In this document: positions 54,662-63,424 of the stretch, in pieces | How positions within the stretch are numbered: the stretch's first letter is position 1 | Layout: each line of letters begins with the position of its first letter | Virus record (IMG/VR): IMGVR_UViG_3300045995_000532 | Location: 38,679 to 102,678 of that record | DNA: 64,000 bases | Direction: 5' to 3' (one strand) | Origin: a virus | Notes under the pieces: generated by a model | Told to the model about the DNA's origin: nothing | Databases searched by the model: none | What the model saw: only the letters and a program-made list of their open reading frames with translations | Position numbers and translations under genes: made by a program

Positions 54662-55509
54662 CGACCACGAGAACTGCCTCACCCGCGGCTGAGCCTGGCG
54701 CTCCGTCCACGACCGCGCAGGCCAGCCTCTACCAGCAGCTCCGCGGCCACCTCGCCGTGCTGAGGCTCCACGACGCCGCGGAGCACCTGCCCGAGGTCCT
54801 GGACGCCGCGATCGCCGAGGGACTGTCGATGACCGCGGCCCTCGAGCGGCTCCTCGGCGTCGAGGTCGACGCCACCGAGGCCCGCCGCCTGGCCGGACGG
54901 CTGCGCTTCGCGTGCCTGCCGACCCCCGCGACTCTCGCCGAGTTCGACTACGACGCCGCGCCCGGCGTGGACCGCGCGCTCATCGACGAGCTCGCGACCT
55001 GCGGCTACCTCGAGTCCGCGACCAACATCTTGCTGATCGGTCCCCCGGGTACGGGCAAAACTCACCTCGCCATCGGGCTGGTCCGCGCTGCGACGGAGGC
55101 CGGCTACCGCACGTACTTCACCACCGCGGCCGACCTCGCGGCCCGCTGCCACCGCGCCGCCATCGAGGGACGCTGGGCCACGACCATGCGGTTCTACGCC
55201 GGCCCCACACTCCTCGCCATCGACGAACTGGGTTACCTCGCGCTCCCTGCCGAGGCCGCGGCCGCCATCTTCCAGGTCGTCTCCCAGCGCTACCTGAAGA
55301 CGAGCATCGTCTTGACAAGCAACCGCGGCGTCGGGGCGTGGGGTGAAATCCTCGGCGACACCACCGTCGCAGCAGCAATGCTCGACCGTCTTCTCCACCG
55401 ATCCGTCGTCCTCAACCTCGACGGAGATTCCTACCGGCTCCGCGCCCACCAAGCCCGCAACGAAACTCTCCGGAAAACCACCACCGGGACCCGAAAGCCG
55501 CTATCCTGA
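54658..55509 (+). CDS. istB: IS21 AAA+ ATPase helper
   Basis: GPPGTGKTHLA, IDELGY, TSN, AMLDRLLH, GDSYR. Confidence 0.97.
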   Translation: MTTTRTASPAAEPGAPSTTAQASLYQQLRGHLAVLRLHDAAEHLPEVLDAAIAEGLSMTAALERLLGVEVDATEARRLAGRLRFACLPTPATLAEFDYDAAPGVDRALIDELATCGYLESATNILLIGPPGTGKTHLAIGLVRAATEAGYRTYFTTAADLAARCHRAAIEGRWATTMRFYAGPTLLAIDELGYLALPAEAAAAIFQVVSQRYLKTSIVLTSNRGVGAWGEILGDTTVAAAMLDRLLHRSVVLNLDGDSYRLRAHQARNETLRKTTTGTRKPLS

Positions 55510-55998
55510 CAACGCCGCAAGGTGGGGAATTTCGATGAGCAAGACTGGGGAATTTCGATAAGCGGCATCAGTCGAGCCCTACTACGCCCCGAAGGCCGCC
55601 ACCGTCCTACGGCTACGTGCGCTGAGTGCGATGGGGTGGAGCACCGCGGACATCAAGGTGCTCAACGGCACTGAGACGAACCTCTACCGGGACGCCCTGG
55701 TGACGATGGCTACCGCTCGGCGCACCGTCGCACTCGTCCGGACCTACGGCTCAGTGCAGGGCCCCTCCATCCATGCTCAGCGGGTCGCCCGAGGCAAGGG
55801 GTGGCTGACGGCTGGCCAGTACGACGTGGACCTCTTCTACGATCCGCGCTGGGACGGCCAAGGAGGCCTTCTGAGTCAAGCGCGAACCGCAAAAGGTGAC
55901 TTGGAAGACCTAACGTTTCTGGCTCACTCCGGACTCGATGCCGACGCCATCGCGGAGCGGCTGGGCAAGTCCAAGGAGTGGGTCCGCGTGCACCTGCG

Positions 55999-56313
55999 TC
56001 ACGGGTAGACGTCTGGACCGGGGTCGACCGCGGCCGGGACAACTGGGAACGCGGCTGAGTCGTAGTAGTTCAGCATGAACGACTGGTTCCCGACGATGGC
56101 GATGTTGGACGGCAGGACGATCGCCCACATTCCCACCTTCAACTCCCGCCACTGCCCGGTGACAAGGTCACGGATGAGCGCAGGCCGGGCACCTGCCGCC
56201 GCCACGCAGTTCGCCACGCCAAGCAGATTCGCCACCGCCACGTCCATCGACGGGCCGGTGTACCGGTAGGCGATGACCGGGTCGGTCCTGAGTCGGAACT
56301 CGTGAGCAACCAT
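55999..56313 (-). CDS. Hypothetical protein, end of the fibre operon
   Basis: AGGAG RBS. Confidence 0.7.
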   Translation of the reverse strand: MVAHEFRLRTDPVIAYRYTGPSMDVAVANLLGVANCVAAAGARPALIRDLVTGQWRELKVGMWAIVLPSNIAIVGNQSFMLNYYDSAAFPVVPAAVDPGPDVYP

Positions 56314-56328
56314 CTGTGTCTCCTGATG

Positions 56329-57225
56329 CTAGTAGTGGACGAACTCCATCTGGATGAAACAGTCGTACCCCGGCGATCCGTTCTGGCCGATGATCCAGAT
56401 CGGGCCGCCAGCGTCGTGGTAGGTGACGACCTTGAGCAGCGCACCAGCAGTCAGCGGAGACAATCGCTGGTCCCGGCACGTCTTGATGGCAGGCCCAGGT
56501 GAGGTGGCGAAGCAGTCCAGGATTCGCCCGACCCCAGCGAGTTCGAGCCACGCTTCACGGAACGACCCGCCTGTGTTCGTGTCGTACGAGACCCGCAGGC
56601 TGAGCCGGTACCACCCGGTGACCGGGACGGTGAAGACGCCGGTCGGTCCGTCGTACGCGAAGCCGCCGTTGAGCGTCGCCGCCCAGCCCAGGGTGGCTGC
56701 CGTCCCGGAGTCCACGGGGGCGCTCGCCGGATACGCCCCGTACGCGTAGGGCTGGTCGATCGGCTGGAACTCGACCCACGGCTGCCACAAGTCGGTGGGC
56801 AGGTCCCAGTACCGGACGAACTCGCGCACCCCGGTGACAGCGGTCGTGAAACGCTGCGTCTTGATCCCCGCCCCCGCGACGACCTCCAGCGTTCCCGGGG
56901 TCTGCATCGGGTAGCCCCGCGCGGGAGTGGCGTAGGAACCGTTGTCCTGGTAGAACACGCCCGTCGTGTTGAGCGTGTCCAGGCTAGTGGTCGAGAGTAA
57001 CGTCGCATTGTGGAAGGCGGCGATCCGCGCATCAGCGGCAGTCGAGAAGTCCGAGACTGTCGCCGCGAGTTGCGTACCGGTGTGATTCGCCCTGGCCTTG
57101 ACGGCAACGAGATCGGGGACTAGGCCCGTAATCTCAGCTTCGGCATGAACATGCGTTCCCAAAGCCGTTTCAGCGACGAGATCTACCCACTGAACGCCAT
57201 CCCACTCGCGAAGAACTCCAGACAT
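56329..57225 (-). CDS. Short fibre/receptor-binding protein (RANHTGTQ shaft, pyocin-knob-like domain, C1q-like tip)
   Basis: HVH and RANHTGTQ; LDTL.TTGVFYQ...GYP...GTLEV...QRF...WQPW; GVFTVPVTGWYRLS. Confidence 0.7.
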   Translation of the reverse strand: MSGVLREWDGVQWVDLVAETALGTHVHAEAEITGLVPDLVAVKARANHTGTQLAATVSDFSTAADARIAAFHNATLLSTTSLDTLNTTGVFYQDNGSYATPARGYPMQTPGTLEVVAGAGIKTQRFTTAVTGVREFVRYWDLPTDLWQPWVEFQPIDQPYAYGAYPASAPVDSGTAATLGWAATLNGGFAYDGPTGVFTVPVTGWYRLSLRVSYDTNTGGSFREAWLELAGVGRILDCFATSPGPAIKTCRDQRLSPLTAGALLKVVTYHDAGGPIWIIGQNGSPGYDCFIQMEFVHY

Positions 57226-57234
57226 CAGTATCCC

Positions 57235-58695
57235 CTAGACCCATTCAAGCGGGATGCGGTAGAACTCCTGGCCACCTGCGCGCATCAGGTAGACCCACTC
57301 GACTCCGTCAGGAGTCTTCACGAAGCGCGCACGCTTGCCGTCATAGGCACCCGGTGACGCGTACGGGAGGACCCCGGCAGGCTCCAGAATCCCCGTGGTG
57401 AGGTCAAAGTTGTAGCAGCGGCCCTGACCTTCCTTCTGCACGAAGAGCTTGCGCTCGCCGTGCAACATGCAGGCATTGGCCCCGGTTGTGAATGTCTCGG
57501 AACCAGCGAACGTCGGCAGCGTCGTCCACGCCTTGGTGCCGATGTTGAACATGTAGATGGTGGCCGTGGCTGCCCCGCGCAGCGCGATGATGTACCCAGG
57601 CGCATAGACCCCGGCGAAGAACGTGTTCGATCCTGGCCCGATCACCGCCGGAGCTGCTCCCAGGTTCGCCGAGAAGGCAGAACCTGTGGTTTGGGCCACA
57701 TCGATTCGGTACAGGGCAGAGTTGCCGTTGCCCGGCTGGTAGTAGAGGAAGTCGTTGGAGGGGACGATCTTGTAGACGCTGGTGGCATCAGGCGGGGTGG
57801 CGAAGTTGCCGGTCCTGGCGTTTCCAGTGACCGCCGCAGCCAGCGTGAGGATGGTCGCCGTGTTGGAAGCGATCCGCCGACGCTGACCGATTCCCGTACC
57901 GGCGGTGATCAGGACATCGTGATCGGTGTACTGGTTGACGATCCAGGAGTAGTTCGTGTCCGTCACGGTCGTGGCGGAGCCCGCCGTAGCCGTCGAGGCG
58001 ACAAGCTCGATGACGAAGGTGTCCGTAGACACCAGGGCGCCACCGAGGACCGGGCTGATCACGACAGTGGTCTTGTTGGTGACCGAGGTGATCGTGCGCC
58101 GCGCGCCGTTCTGTGCGCCGCTTGTGACCCGTAGCTGAAGGCCGATCATGCCGACGCCGTACGAGCCTGTCGCGGCCGTCGCGACCACTGTGGACGTGGT
58201 GTTTCCGGCGACCTCTGCGATGCCGTCGTCGATCACAGCGGGGAGGTCAAGATCGGTCGTCATCGTCAGGGAGGCGCCGTAGTCGGCGACGACAGGGAGC
58301 ACGGTGGCGATCGTGGTCAGCGCCCATGCCGCGCAGGCCGTGTTGGCGACGGTGACCGAGGTGACGTTCAGGTTGAAGATCTGCCAGGACGTCAGCCCCC
58401 CGCCGTTGATGATGTGCAGCACGTTGCGCAGCTCGTCAAACTCGATGTCCATGCCACGGTTTCCCGAGGTGATCACCGCCATGTACTGCCAGCCATTGGT
58501 CCAGGTGTCGTACCGGTACAGGTTCGATGTGCTCACCGTGGTGGCGGTCGACCCGAACTGGACGACCCAGTAGATGTACCGGACGCCGTCGTAGCACGAC
58601 GCTGTGCCGTGGTAGGAGACGCCGCCGGGAAAGAATGACAGCCACTGCCAGGAGGGCAGGTCGACGCCTGGCTTGAAGTGGTATGCGACCGGCAT
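57235..58695 (-). CDS. Putative virion protein, beta-propeller-like with an internal duplicated repeat
   Basis: YRYDTWTNGW and MFNIGTKAW Kelch-like blades; GAQNGARRTITS / GTGIGQRRRIAS repeat. Confidence 0.6.
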   Translation of the reverse strand: MPVAYHFKPGVDLPSWQWLSFFPGGVSYHGTASCYDGVRYIYWVVQFGSTATTVSTSNLYRYDTWTNGWQYMAVITSGNRGMDIEFDELRNVLHIINGGGLTSWQIFNLNVTSVTVANTACAAWALTTIATVLPVVADYGASLTMTTDLDLPAVIDDGIAEVAGNTTSTVVATAATGSYGVGMIGLQLRVTSGAQNGARRTITSVTNKTTVVISPVLGGALVSTDTFVIELVASTATAGSATTVTDTNYSWIVNQYTDHDVLITAGTGIGQRRRIASNTATILTLAAAVTGNARTGNFATPPDATSVYKIVPSNDFLYYQPGNGNSALYRIDVAQTTGSAFSANLGAAPAVIGPGSNTFFAGVYAPGYIIALRGAATATIYMFNIGTKAWTTLPTFAGSETFTTGANACMLHGERKLFVQKEGQGRCYNFDLTTGILEPAGVLPYASPGAYDGKRARFVKTPDGVEWVYLMRAGGQEFYRIPLEWV

Positions 58696-59045
58696 CAGGA
58701 GATCACCCATCTGGTAGCGCGGACTTGATTGAAGGTCTGCATCGACTGCTCGGATTGCTGCCAGCGCTCGTCGACCATGAAGATCGCGTTCGGGTCACCC
58801 CAGACACGGGAGATCCCACCGGCATTCTGTGACGCCGATGACTGAGCCGCGTAGACGATCGCCTGCTGAGCGTTCTCTATGTTGACGCGCATGGCGTCGG
58901 TGATCGTACGGGCGTACTGGAGATCACGGGGCTGCTCCATGATGGCCTGGCGTTCCTGGCGTTGGCCCATCGCTGTAAGAACCGCCTCCACGGCCCCGGT
59001 CATGGACTCGGTGAGCAGGTTCGCGAACGCATTGCGTAGTGCCAT
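58695..59045 (-). CDS. Hypothetical virion-associated protein
   Basis: TGATG-coupled within the fibre operon. Confidence 0.65.
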   Translation of the reverse strand: MALRNAFANLLTESMTGAVEAVLTAMGQRQERQAIMEQPRDLQYARTITDAMRVNIENAQQAIVYAAQSSASQNAGGISRVWGDPNAIFMVDERWQQSEQSMQTFNQVRATRWVIS

Positions 59046-59503
59046 CAGAGACCATCCTCAATCCAGAACGTGACGTCGTGGCCGGTCGGACCAACCTGTG
59101 TCTGCACCCACATCCCAGGGGTGACCATGGCGGGATTGTTAGGCGTGACCGCGAAGTTGAAGTTCGCGGTCACGGGTCCCGCATCAACTGCGACCCACAG
59201 GTCGCCCGCCTTTGGCGCGGCCGGAGGTGCGCTTGAGACAGCTACGGGCGGATGGCGAGCCTCTGGGCCCGTGTCACCCAGCGAATACAGATGCCCGTCG
59301 GCTTTCGCGTACAGGGCCAGCGCCCCGACTGGCGCGCTCGGCGTAGCCTGCTCCGCCACAATGACCGGCGCTGCGAACGTCTTCGTGCCAGTCAGGATCT
59401 CGTTGCCCGCCAGATGAACCTGAAGGACATCCGCAGCGTCGACATAGCCCTTGGTGGCAGCATCATCAGCCCCTGCCGGACTGACTCCCAGGAGGCGCTT
59501 CAT
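59045..59503 (-). CDS. Small fibre-like protein
   Basis: DAATKGYVD, VHLAGNEILTGTKTF and P..GDLW fibre motifs. Confidence 0.7.
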   Translation of the reverse strand: MKRLLGVSPAGADDAATKGYVDAADVLQVHLAGNEILTGTKTFAAPVIVAEQATPSAPVGALALYAKADGHLYSLGDTGPEARHPPVAVSSAPPAAPKAGDLWVAVDAGPVTANFNFAVTPNNPAMVTPGMWVQTQVGPTGHDVTFWIEDGL

Positions 59504-61845
59504 TAGGCCTGCACGACGACGCGAAGAGACGCAGCGCCAGGAGCAACGGCGAAGCCCAGCGTCAACACGTTGATCGAGGTAGACACCGCGTCGCACTCCA
59601 CGAAGCTGTCATCCGCGACCATCCGGACCGAGTACGTGATGTCCTTGGTGCCAAGGCTGTGAGTGACCGCGATGGAGGTTGAACCGCCTACGGTCGCCGC
59701 AAACTTGCTGACGACGACCGCCGAGTTGATCGAGACCGAGTCGGGGGCCACCAAGATCCCGTTACCGGCAACCACGTTGAAGGTGGTGGCCGTCTGGGTC
59801 ATGCCATCGCCAGCGGTCCAGGCGCCCGCGCCGGAGAACTGAGTGAAGGTGAGCGCGGTGGTGTCCAGCGTGATCGGCGCGTTGGTGATCAGCGTCCAGC
59901 CCGAGTCGGACTGGGTACCCTCCTCGGTGAAGACGAAGGCACCAGGAGAAGCGAGCGCCGAGGTGTTGAAGTCGATCGCACGCGTCCATGCACCGGCCGC
60001 GACGACGTAGATGCCGTTCTGGGTGCCGATGGTCTGGTTCTTGACCAGGACGCGATCTCCCGCGATCACGGCGACCGTGTCCACCGTCTGCGGGGCGGAG
60101 AGCGTGACGTTGGCGGTCGTGGCGACCCGGACGGACGGCTTGACATCGAGGCCGACCGAGGTCGCATCGACGTAGGCCTTCGTGGCCGAGTCCTGGGGCT
60201 GAGTCGGGTCAGCCATCCCCGTCATCTTCTGACCGTTCATGGCCACGGCGAGCGTCGGGACGGCGAGCTGGTCGAGGCGGTTCGTTCGGACGGCCGTCGT
60301 GAAGTCGGAGATGGTCGCGGCGACCTGGGTACCGGTGTGGTTGGCGCGGTTGAGCAGCGTGGCGTCCGTCGAGTTGGCAGTGGCCCCAGTGGCCACCCCC
60401 GCCAGCTTCGTGTCCATGATCGCCGTGAAGACGTGGTTCGTGACACCGTTGATCACGGTGTCCGCGCTCTGTGTGCCGGTGTGGTTCGCGCGGGCCATTG
60501 CAGCCGTGTCAGCAGCGGCCTGAGCGGTGCTGACGGGCTTGGCGACGTCACTGGTGTTGTCGACGCTGCCGAGGCCCACCATGGCCTTGGTGACGCCGTT
60601 GACGGTACCGGTGAACGTCGGGTTGGCGAGCGGCGCCAGCAGGTTCATCGCCGTCTGCGCAGCCGTGGAAATCGGCTTGCCCACGTCCGTGGTGTTGTCG
60701 ACGCTGCCGAGGCCCACCATGGCCTTGGTGATTCCAGCAACCACACCGGTGAACGTCGGGCTCGCCAGCGGGGCAAGCAGGTTCAGCGCGGTCTGCTGGG
60801 CGGTGGAGATGGGCTTGGCCGTGTCAGCGGTGTTGTCGACGTTCGCCAGGCCGACGTCCGCCTTGACGCCAGCGGCGAAGACGGGAACAGCGGCTACGCC
60901 ACCGCTCTTGAGGAGCCAACCCGCCGTACCAGGAGCGGTGGTCTGGACCGCTCCGGTAGCGGTCGTACCGGCAGTTAGCAGACCGAACGCCGTCGTGAGC
61001 GTGGCGACGCCGGTACCGCCGTGGGCGACGTCGACCAGCGGGATCTGAGCGAGCGGAACCTTCGTCGTGGCATCCAGGGTGGCGACACCGGAGACGGCGC
61101 CGAGGAGCGCCGAGTTGACCTTGAGACCAATGGCCGTCGCCTGCGCCGTCGAGACGGGCTTGTTGACGTCGGAGGTGTTGTCGACGTTGCCGAGACCGAC
61201 ATCCGAGGAGACACCGGTCTGCCAGGTGGGGAGTGCCGCGCCCGTCGACTTCAGGATCTGGCCGGACACGCCGTTGGTGAGGGTCTGGTGAGCGCCGGTG
61301 GCGGTCGTGCCAGCGGCGATCAGGCCGAACGGGGTGGTCGACGTTGCGCGCCCGGTACCGCCGCCGGGAACATCGGTGATGCCCGTGTGGGTCGTGCGGT
61401 CGCGGAGCTGGGCGTCCGTCGAGTTCGCCGTCGCGCCAACCGCGATACCAGCGAGCTTCGTGTCGTCGCCAGCCGTGAAGGCATGGTTGATCGTGCCATC
61501 CACGATCGTGTCGGCGCTCTGGGTGCCGGTGTGGTTCGCCCGAGCGAGCAGGAACGCATCCGTGCTGTTCGCCGTGGAACCGGTGGCGCAGGAGGCGAGC
61601 TTCGTGCGCTCAGCCGGAAGGAAGGCGAGGCGAGTCGCCGAGTCAGGAACGCTGTCGAGGTTCGCGATCACCGACGGGTAGGTCCACTGGGTGCCGTCGT
61701 GGATGCCGAGCTTCTTGGAGGTCGAGTTCCAGAAGATCTTCCCCTCGGTCCCAACCGGCTCAAAGCCAGTCCCCAAGTTCTGGAGTCGGACGTTGAGGAT
61801 CTCCAGCCCAGTCAGGTCGATCGGGGTCAGAAACTGCTTGGCCAT
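59503..61845 (-). CDS. Long repeat-rich fibre protein (780 aa)
   Basis: 4x VGL..VDNT.D..KP.STA; multiple RANHTGTQ; DSATKAYVD; SVRVATTANVTLS...GDRVLVKNQT...NGIYV. Confidence 0.85.
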   Translation of the reverse strand: MAKQFLTPIDLTGLEILNVRLQNLGTGFEPVGTEGKIFWNSTSKKLGIHDGTQWTYPSVIANLDSVPDSATRLAFLPAERTKLASCATGSTANSTDAFLLARANHTGTQSADTIVDGTINHAFTAGDDTKLAGIAVGATANSTDAQLRDRTTHTGITDVPGGGTGRATSTTPFGLIAAGTTATGAHQTLTNGVSGQILKSTGAALPTWQTGVSSDVGLGNVDNTSDVNKPVSTAQATAIGLKVNSALLGAVSGVATLDATTKVPLAQIPLVDVAHGGTGVATLTTAFGLLTAGTTATGAVQTTAPGTAGWLLKSGGVAAVPVFAAGVKADVGLANVDNTADTAKPISTAQQTALNLLAPLASPTFTGVVAGITKAMVGLGSVDNTTDVGKPISTAAQTAMNLLAPLANPTFTGTVNGVTKAMVGLGSVDNTSDVAKPVSTAQAAADTAAMARANHTGTQSADTVINGVTNHVFTAIMDTKLAGVATGATANSTDATLLNRANHTGTQVAATISDFTTAVRTNRLDQLAVPTLAVAMNGQKMTGMADPTQPQDSATKAYVDATSVGLDVKPSVRVATTANVTLSAPQTVDTVAVIAGDRVLVKNQTIGTQNGIYVVAAGAWTRAIDFNTSALASPGAFVFTEEGTQSDSGWTLITNAPITLDTTALTFTQFSGAGAWTAGDGMTQTATTFNVVAGNGILVAPDSVSINSAVVVSKFAATVGGSTSIAVTHSLGTKDITYSVRMVADDSFVECDAVSTSINVLTLGFAVAPGAASLRVVVQA

Positions 61846-61855
61846 GTCGTACTCC

Positions 61856-62302
61856 TTAGCTCAGGTACGCAGTTCCGGAGAACGCGGATGAAAACGTGAT
61901 ATTGATCTGCCCTGGGCCGACGTACTGGATATCACCCTCAACGGTCCTACCAGCACTATCGACGACTGAGGCGGACGGCTGGAAGGGCAGACCGTGGATG
62001 ATTACCCACTGCGCAGCGGGGACGCCCTGGGTGTGCACGAAGAACTCTGCGACACCTCCATCGGCGCCACGCAGGGACGCAAGCCACTGCGTCTGCGTCC
62101 CGTTGAAGCCGCTGGCGACCGCGATGGCGTAGGCGCTCTCGCCGATCGACCCCTGCGGGCCGGGGGTGACCGAAGGTGTTCCGTCGGTGCCGTTCCTGCC
62201 GTTGGCGCCATTGGCGCCGGGGTCACCCTTGAGCCCCGGACTCACCAGGACGACCCCCGGAGTGACGGGCGGCGTGACAACAACTATCGGTGTACGAGCC
62301 AT
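61856..62302 (-). CDS. Collagen-like (Gly-X-Y) minor virion protein
   Basis: GLKGDPGANGANGRNGTDG; SAYAIAV..GF.GT..QWLASL.G. Confidence 0.8.
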   Translation of the reverse strand: MARTPIVVVTPPVTPGVVLVSPGLKGDPGANGANGRNGTDGTPSVTPGPQGSIGESAYAIAVASGFNGTQTQWLASLRGADGGVAEFFVHTQGVPAAQWVIIHGLPFQPSASVVDSAGRTVEGDIQYVGPGQINITFSSAFSGTAYLS

Positions 62303-62351
62303 TTCTAGACGACCATCCTTTTCCTAGAAGTTCCAGATCTGTTTGTGGTCG

Positions 62352-62645
62352 CTATGTGCTAGCCGGGTCAGGGGCTGCGGTCACAATGAGGGTCCCGTCG
62401 TTGGCGACAGCGATTCGGTATCGAGTGCCATCCAGGCTCTTGAGGAGAACGCCGCCCCCGATGGTGGTCAACTCCACGTCACCGGCGGTGCCACGTAGTC
62501 CCGGGGTTCCTGCTTCTCCTGGGAACCCTCGCTCGCCCGGATCACCCTTGGGGCCCTGGTTCTTCAGGACGACACCCGGGATCACGGCCGGAGTCACGAC
62601 GACAAGAGTGTTGTCCTCTTTGTCGAGGATCGTGATCGTGCTCAT
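62352..62645 (-). CDS. Collagen-like minor virion protein
   Basis: GPKGDPGERGFPGEAGTPGLRGTAG; L.S.DGTRYRI.V.NDGTL. Confidence 0.8.
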   Translation of the reverse strand: MSTITILDKEDNTLVVVTPAVIPGVVLKNQGPKGDPGERGFPGEAGTPGLRGTAGDVELTTIGGGVLLKSLDGTRYRIAVANDGTLIVTAAPDPAST

Positions 62646-63034
62646 TGCGCTCGGGTGATGTTCGGGTTGATCGTGATCTGCCCCTCAACCACCCGTTTCA
62701 CGTCCCCCGACAACACGGTGACCTCAAGGTCGTACACAGCATTCGTGCGCGGCCGAGCCGAGCCTTCCTTCACCCCAAGCAGGTCAGTCTGGGTAGCAGT
62801 GAGGACCAGGTCGATCTGGCCGGCGAGGCCGATGATCGTGATCCCATGGTTCTCGGTCGTGATCTCGACCAGCACGGGGGAGCCGTACTTCTCGCGGATC
62901 TGCATGCGGGCGACAGCGCCCGTCAGGTTGATCGGAACCGGAGTGGTCACGGGAGCGTCAGCGGGGGTCGCGTAGATCATCGACAGACGAAACGTCTCGC
63001 CTTGGTCAATTGTGAGCGGGTAGACAGCGGCCAT
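62642..63034 (-). CDS. BppU-like/Ig-fold virion attachment protein
   Basis: LTIDQGETF...PINLTG..ARMQIR...YDLEV...RVVEG.I.I.P.IT. Confidence 0.7.
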   Translation of the reverse strand: MAAVYPLTIDQGETFRLSMIYATPADAPVTTPVPINLTGAVARMQIREKYGSPVLVEITTENHGITIIGLAGQIDLVLTATQTDLLGVKEGSARPRTNAVYDLEVTVLSGDVKRVVEGQITINPNITRAQ

Positions 63035-63092
63035 ACCCAGAAAGATCGACCCCCCCGACCCGCTCAGGTCAGGGGGAGTCGCGTACACAAAC

Positions 63093-63413
63093 TCAGACCG
63101 CGGACGAACCTGCGAGCACCACGGGCGCCGCTACCACCTCGGGAACCGCCTGGTAAGCCGGCACCTTGCTCGAGCCCGTCAGATACTTCCCGAAGGCCGG
63201 CCAACGGTGCTGGATGAACTGGGTGAGCCAATACCACCCAGAGATCACGAGTGCGGTCACACCCGCGGCCGTAGCCGTCTTCCAGTCCGCCGACACGTTG
63301 TCGAGGATGGCGCCCACTCCTGGGAAGTGAGCCAACCCGAGAGCGATGGCCGACCCGACCCATACGGGCAGCCAGGTGCGGATGAGGGCGATCGCCTTGT
63401 CGCTGAGGTCCAT
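63093..63413 (-). CDS. Putative holin
   Basis: Two transmembrane helices, IRTWLP..VG pattern, directly after the endolysin. Confidence 0.75.
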   Translation of the reverse strand: MDLSDKAIALIRTWLPVWVGSAIALGLAHFPGVGAILDNVSADWKTATAAGVTALVISGWYWLTQFIQHRWPAFGKYLTGSSKVPAYQAVPEVVAAPVVLAGSSAV

Positions 63414-63424
63414 GAGGTCACCTC

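Larger units (their letters stand above)
53086..55570 (+). mobile_element. Complete IS21-family insertion sequence (2485 bp)
   Basis: Ends TGATG...CATCA with repeated GAAATTCC(T/C)CA subterminal motifs; 4-bp target duplication GTCG (53082-53085 and 55571-55574); istA/istB. Confidence 0.97.
52824..56008 (+). pseudogene. Phage HTH-domain gene interrupted by IS21 (231 aa when reconstructed)
   Basis: Joining 52824-53085 to 55575-56008 gives one frame: ...ELPYLV-EPYYAPKAATVLRLRALSAMGWS... Confidence 0.88.
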
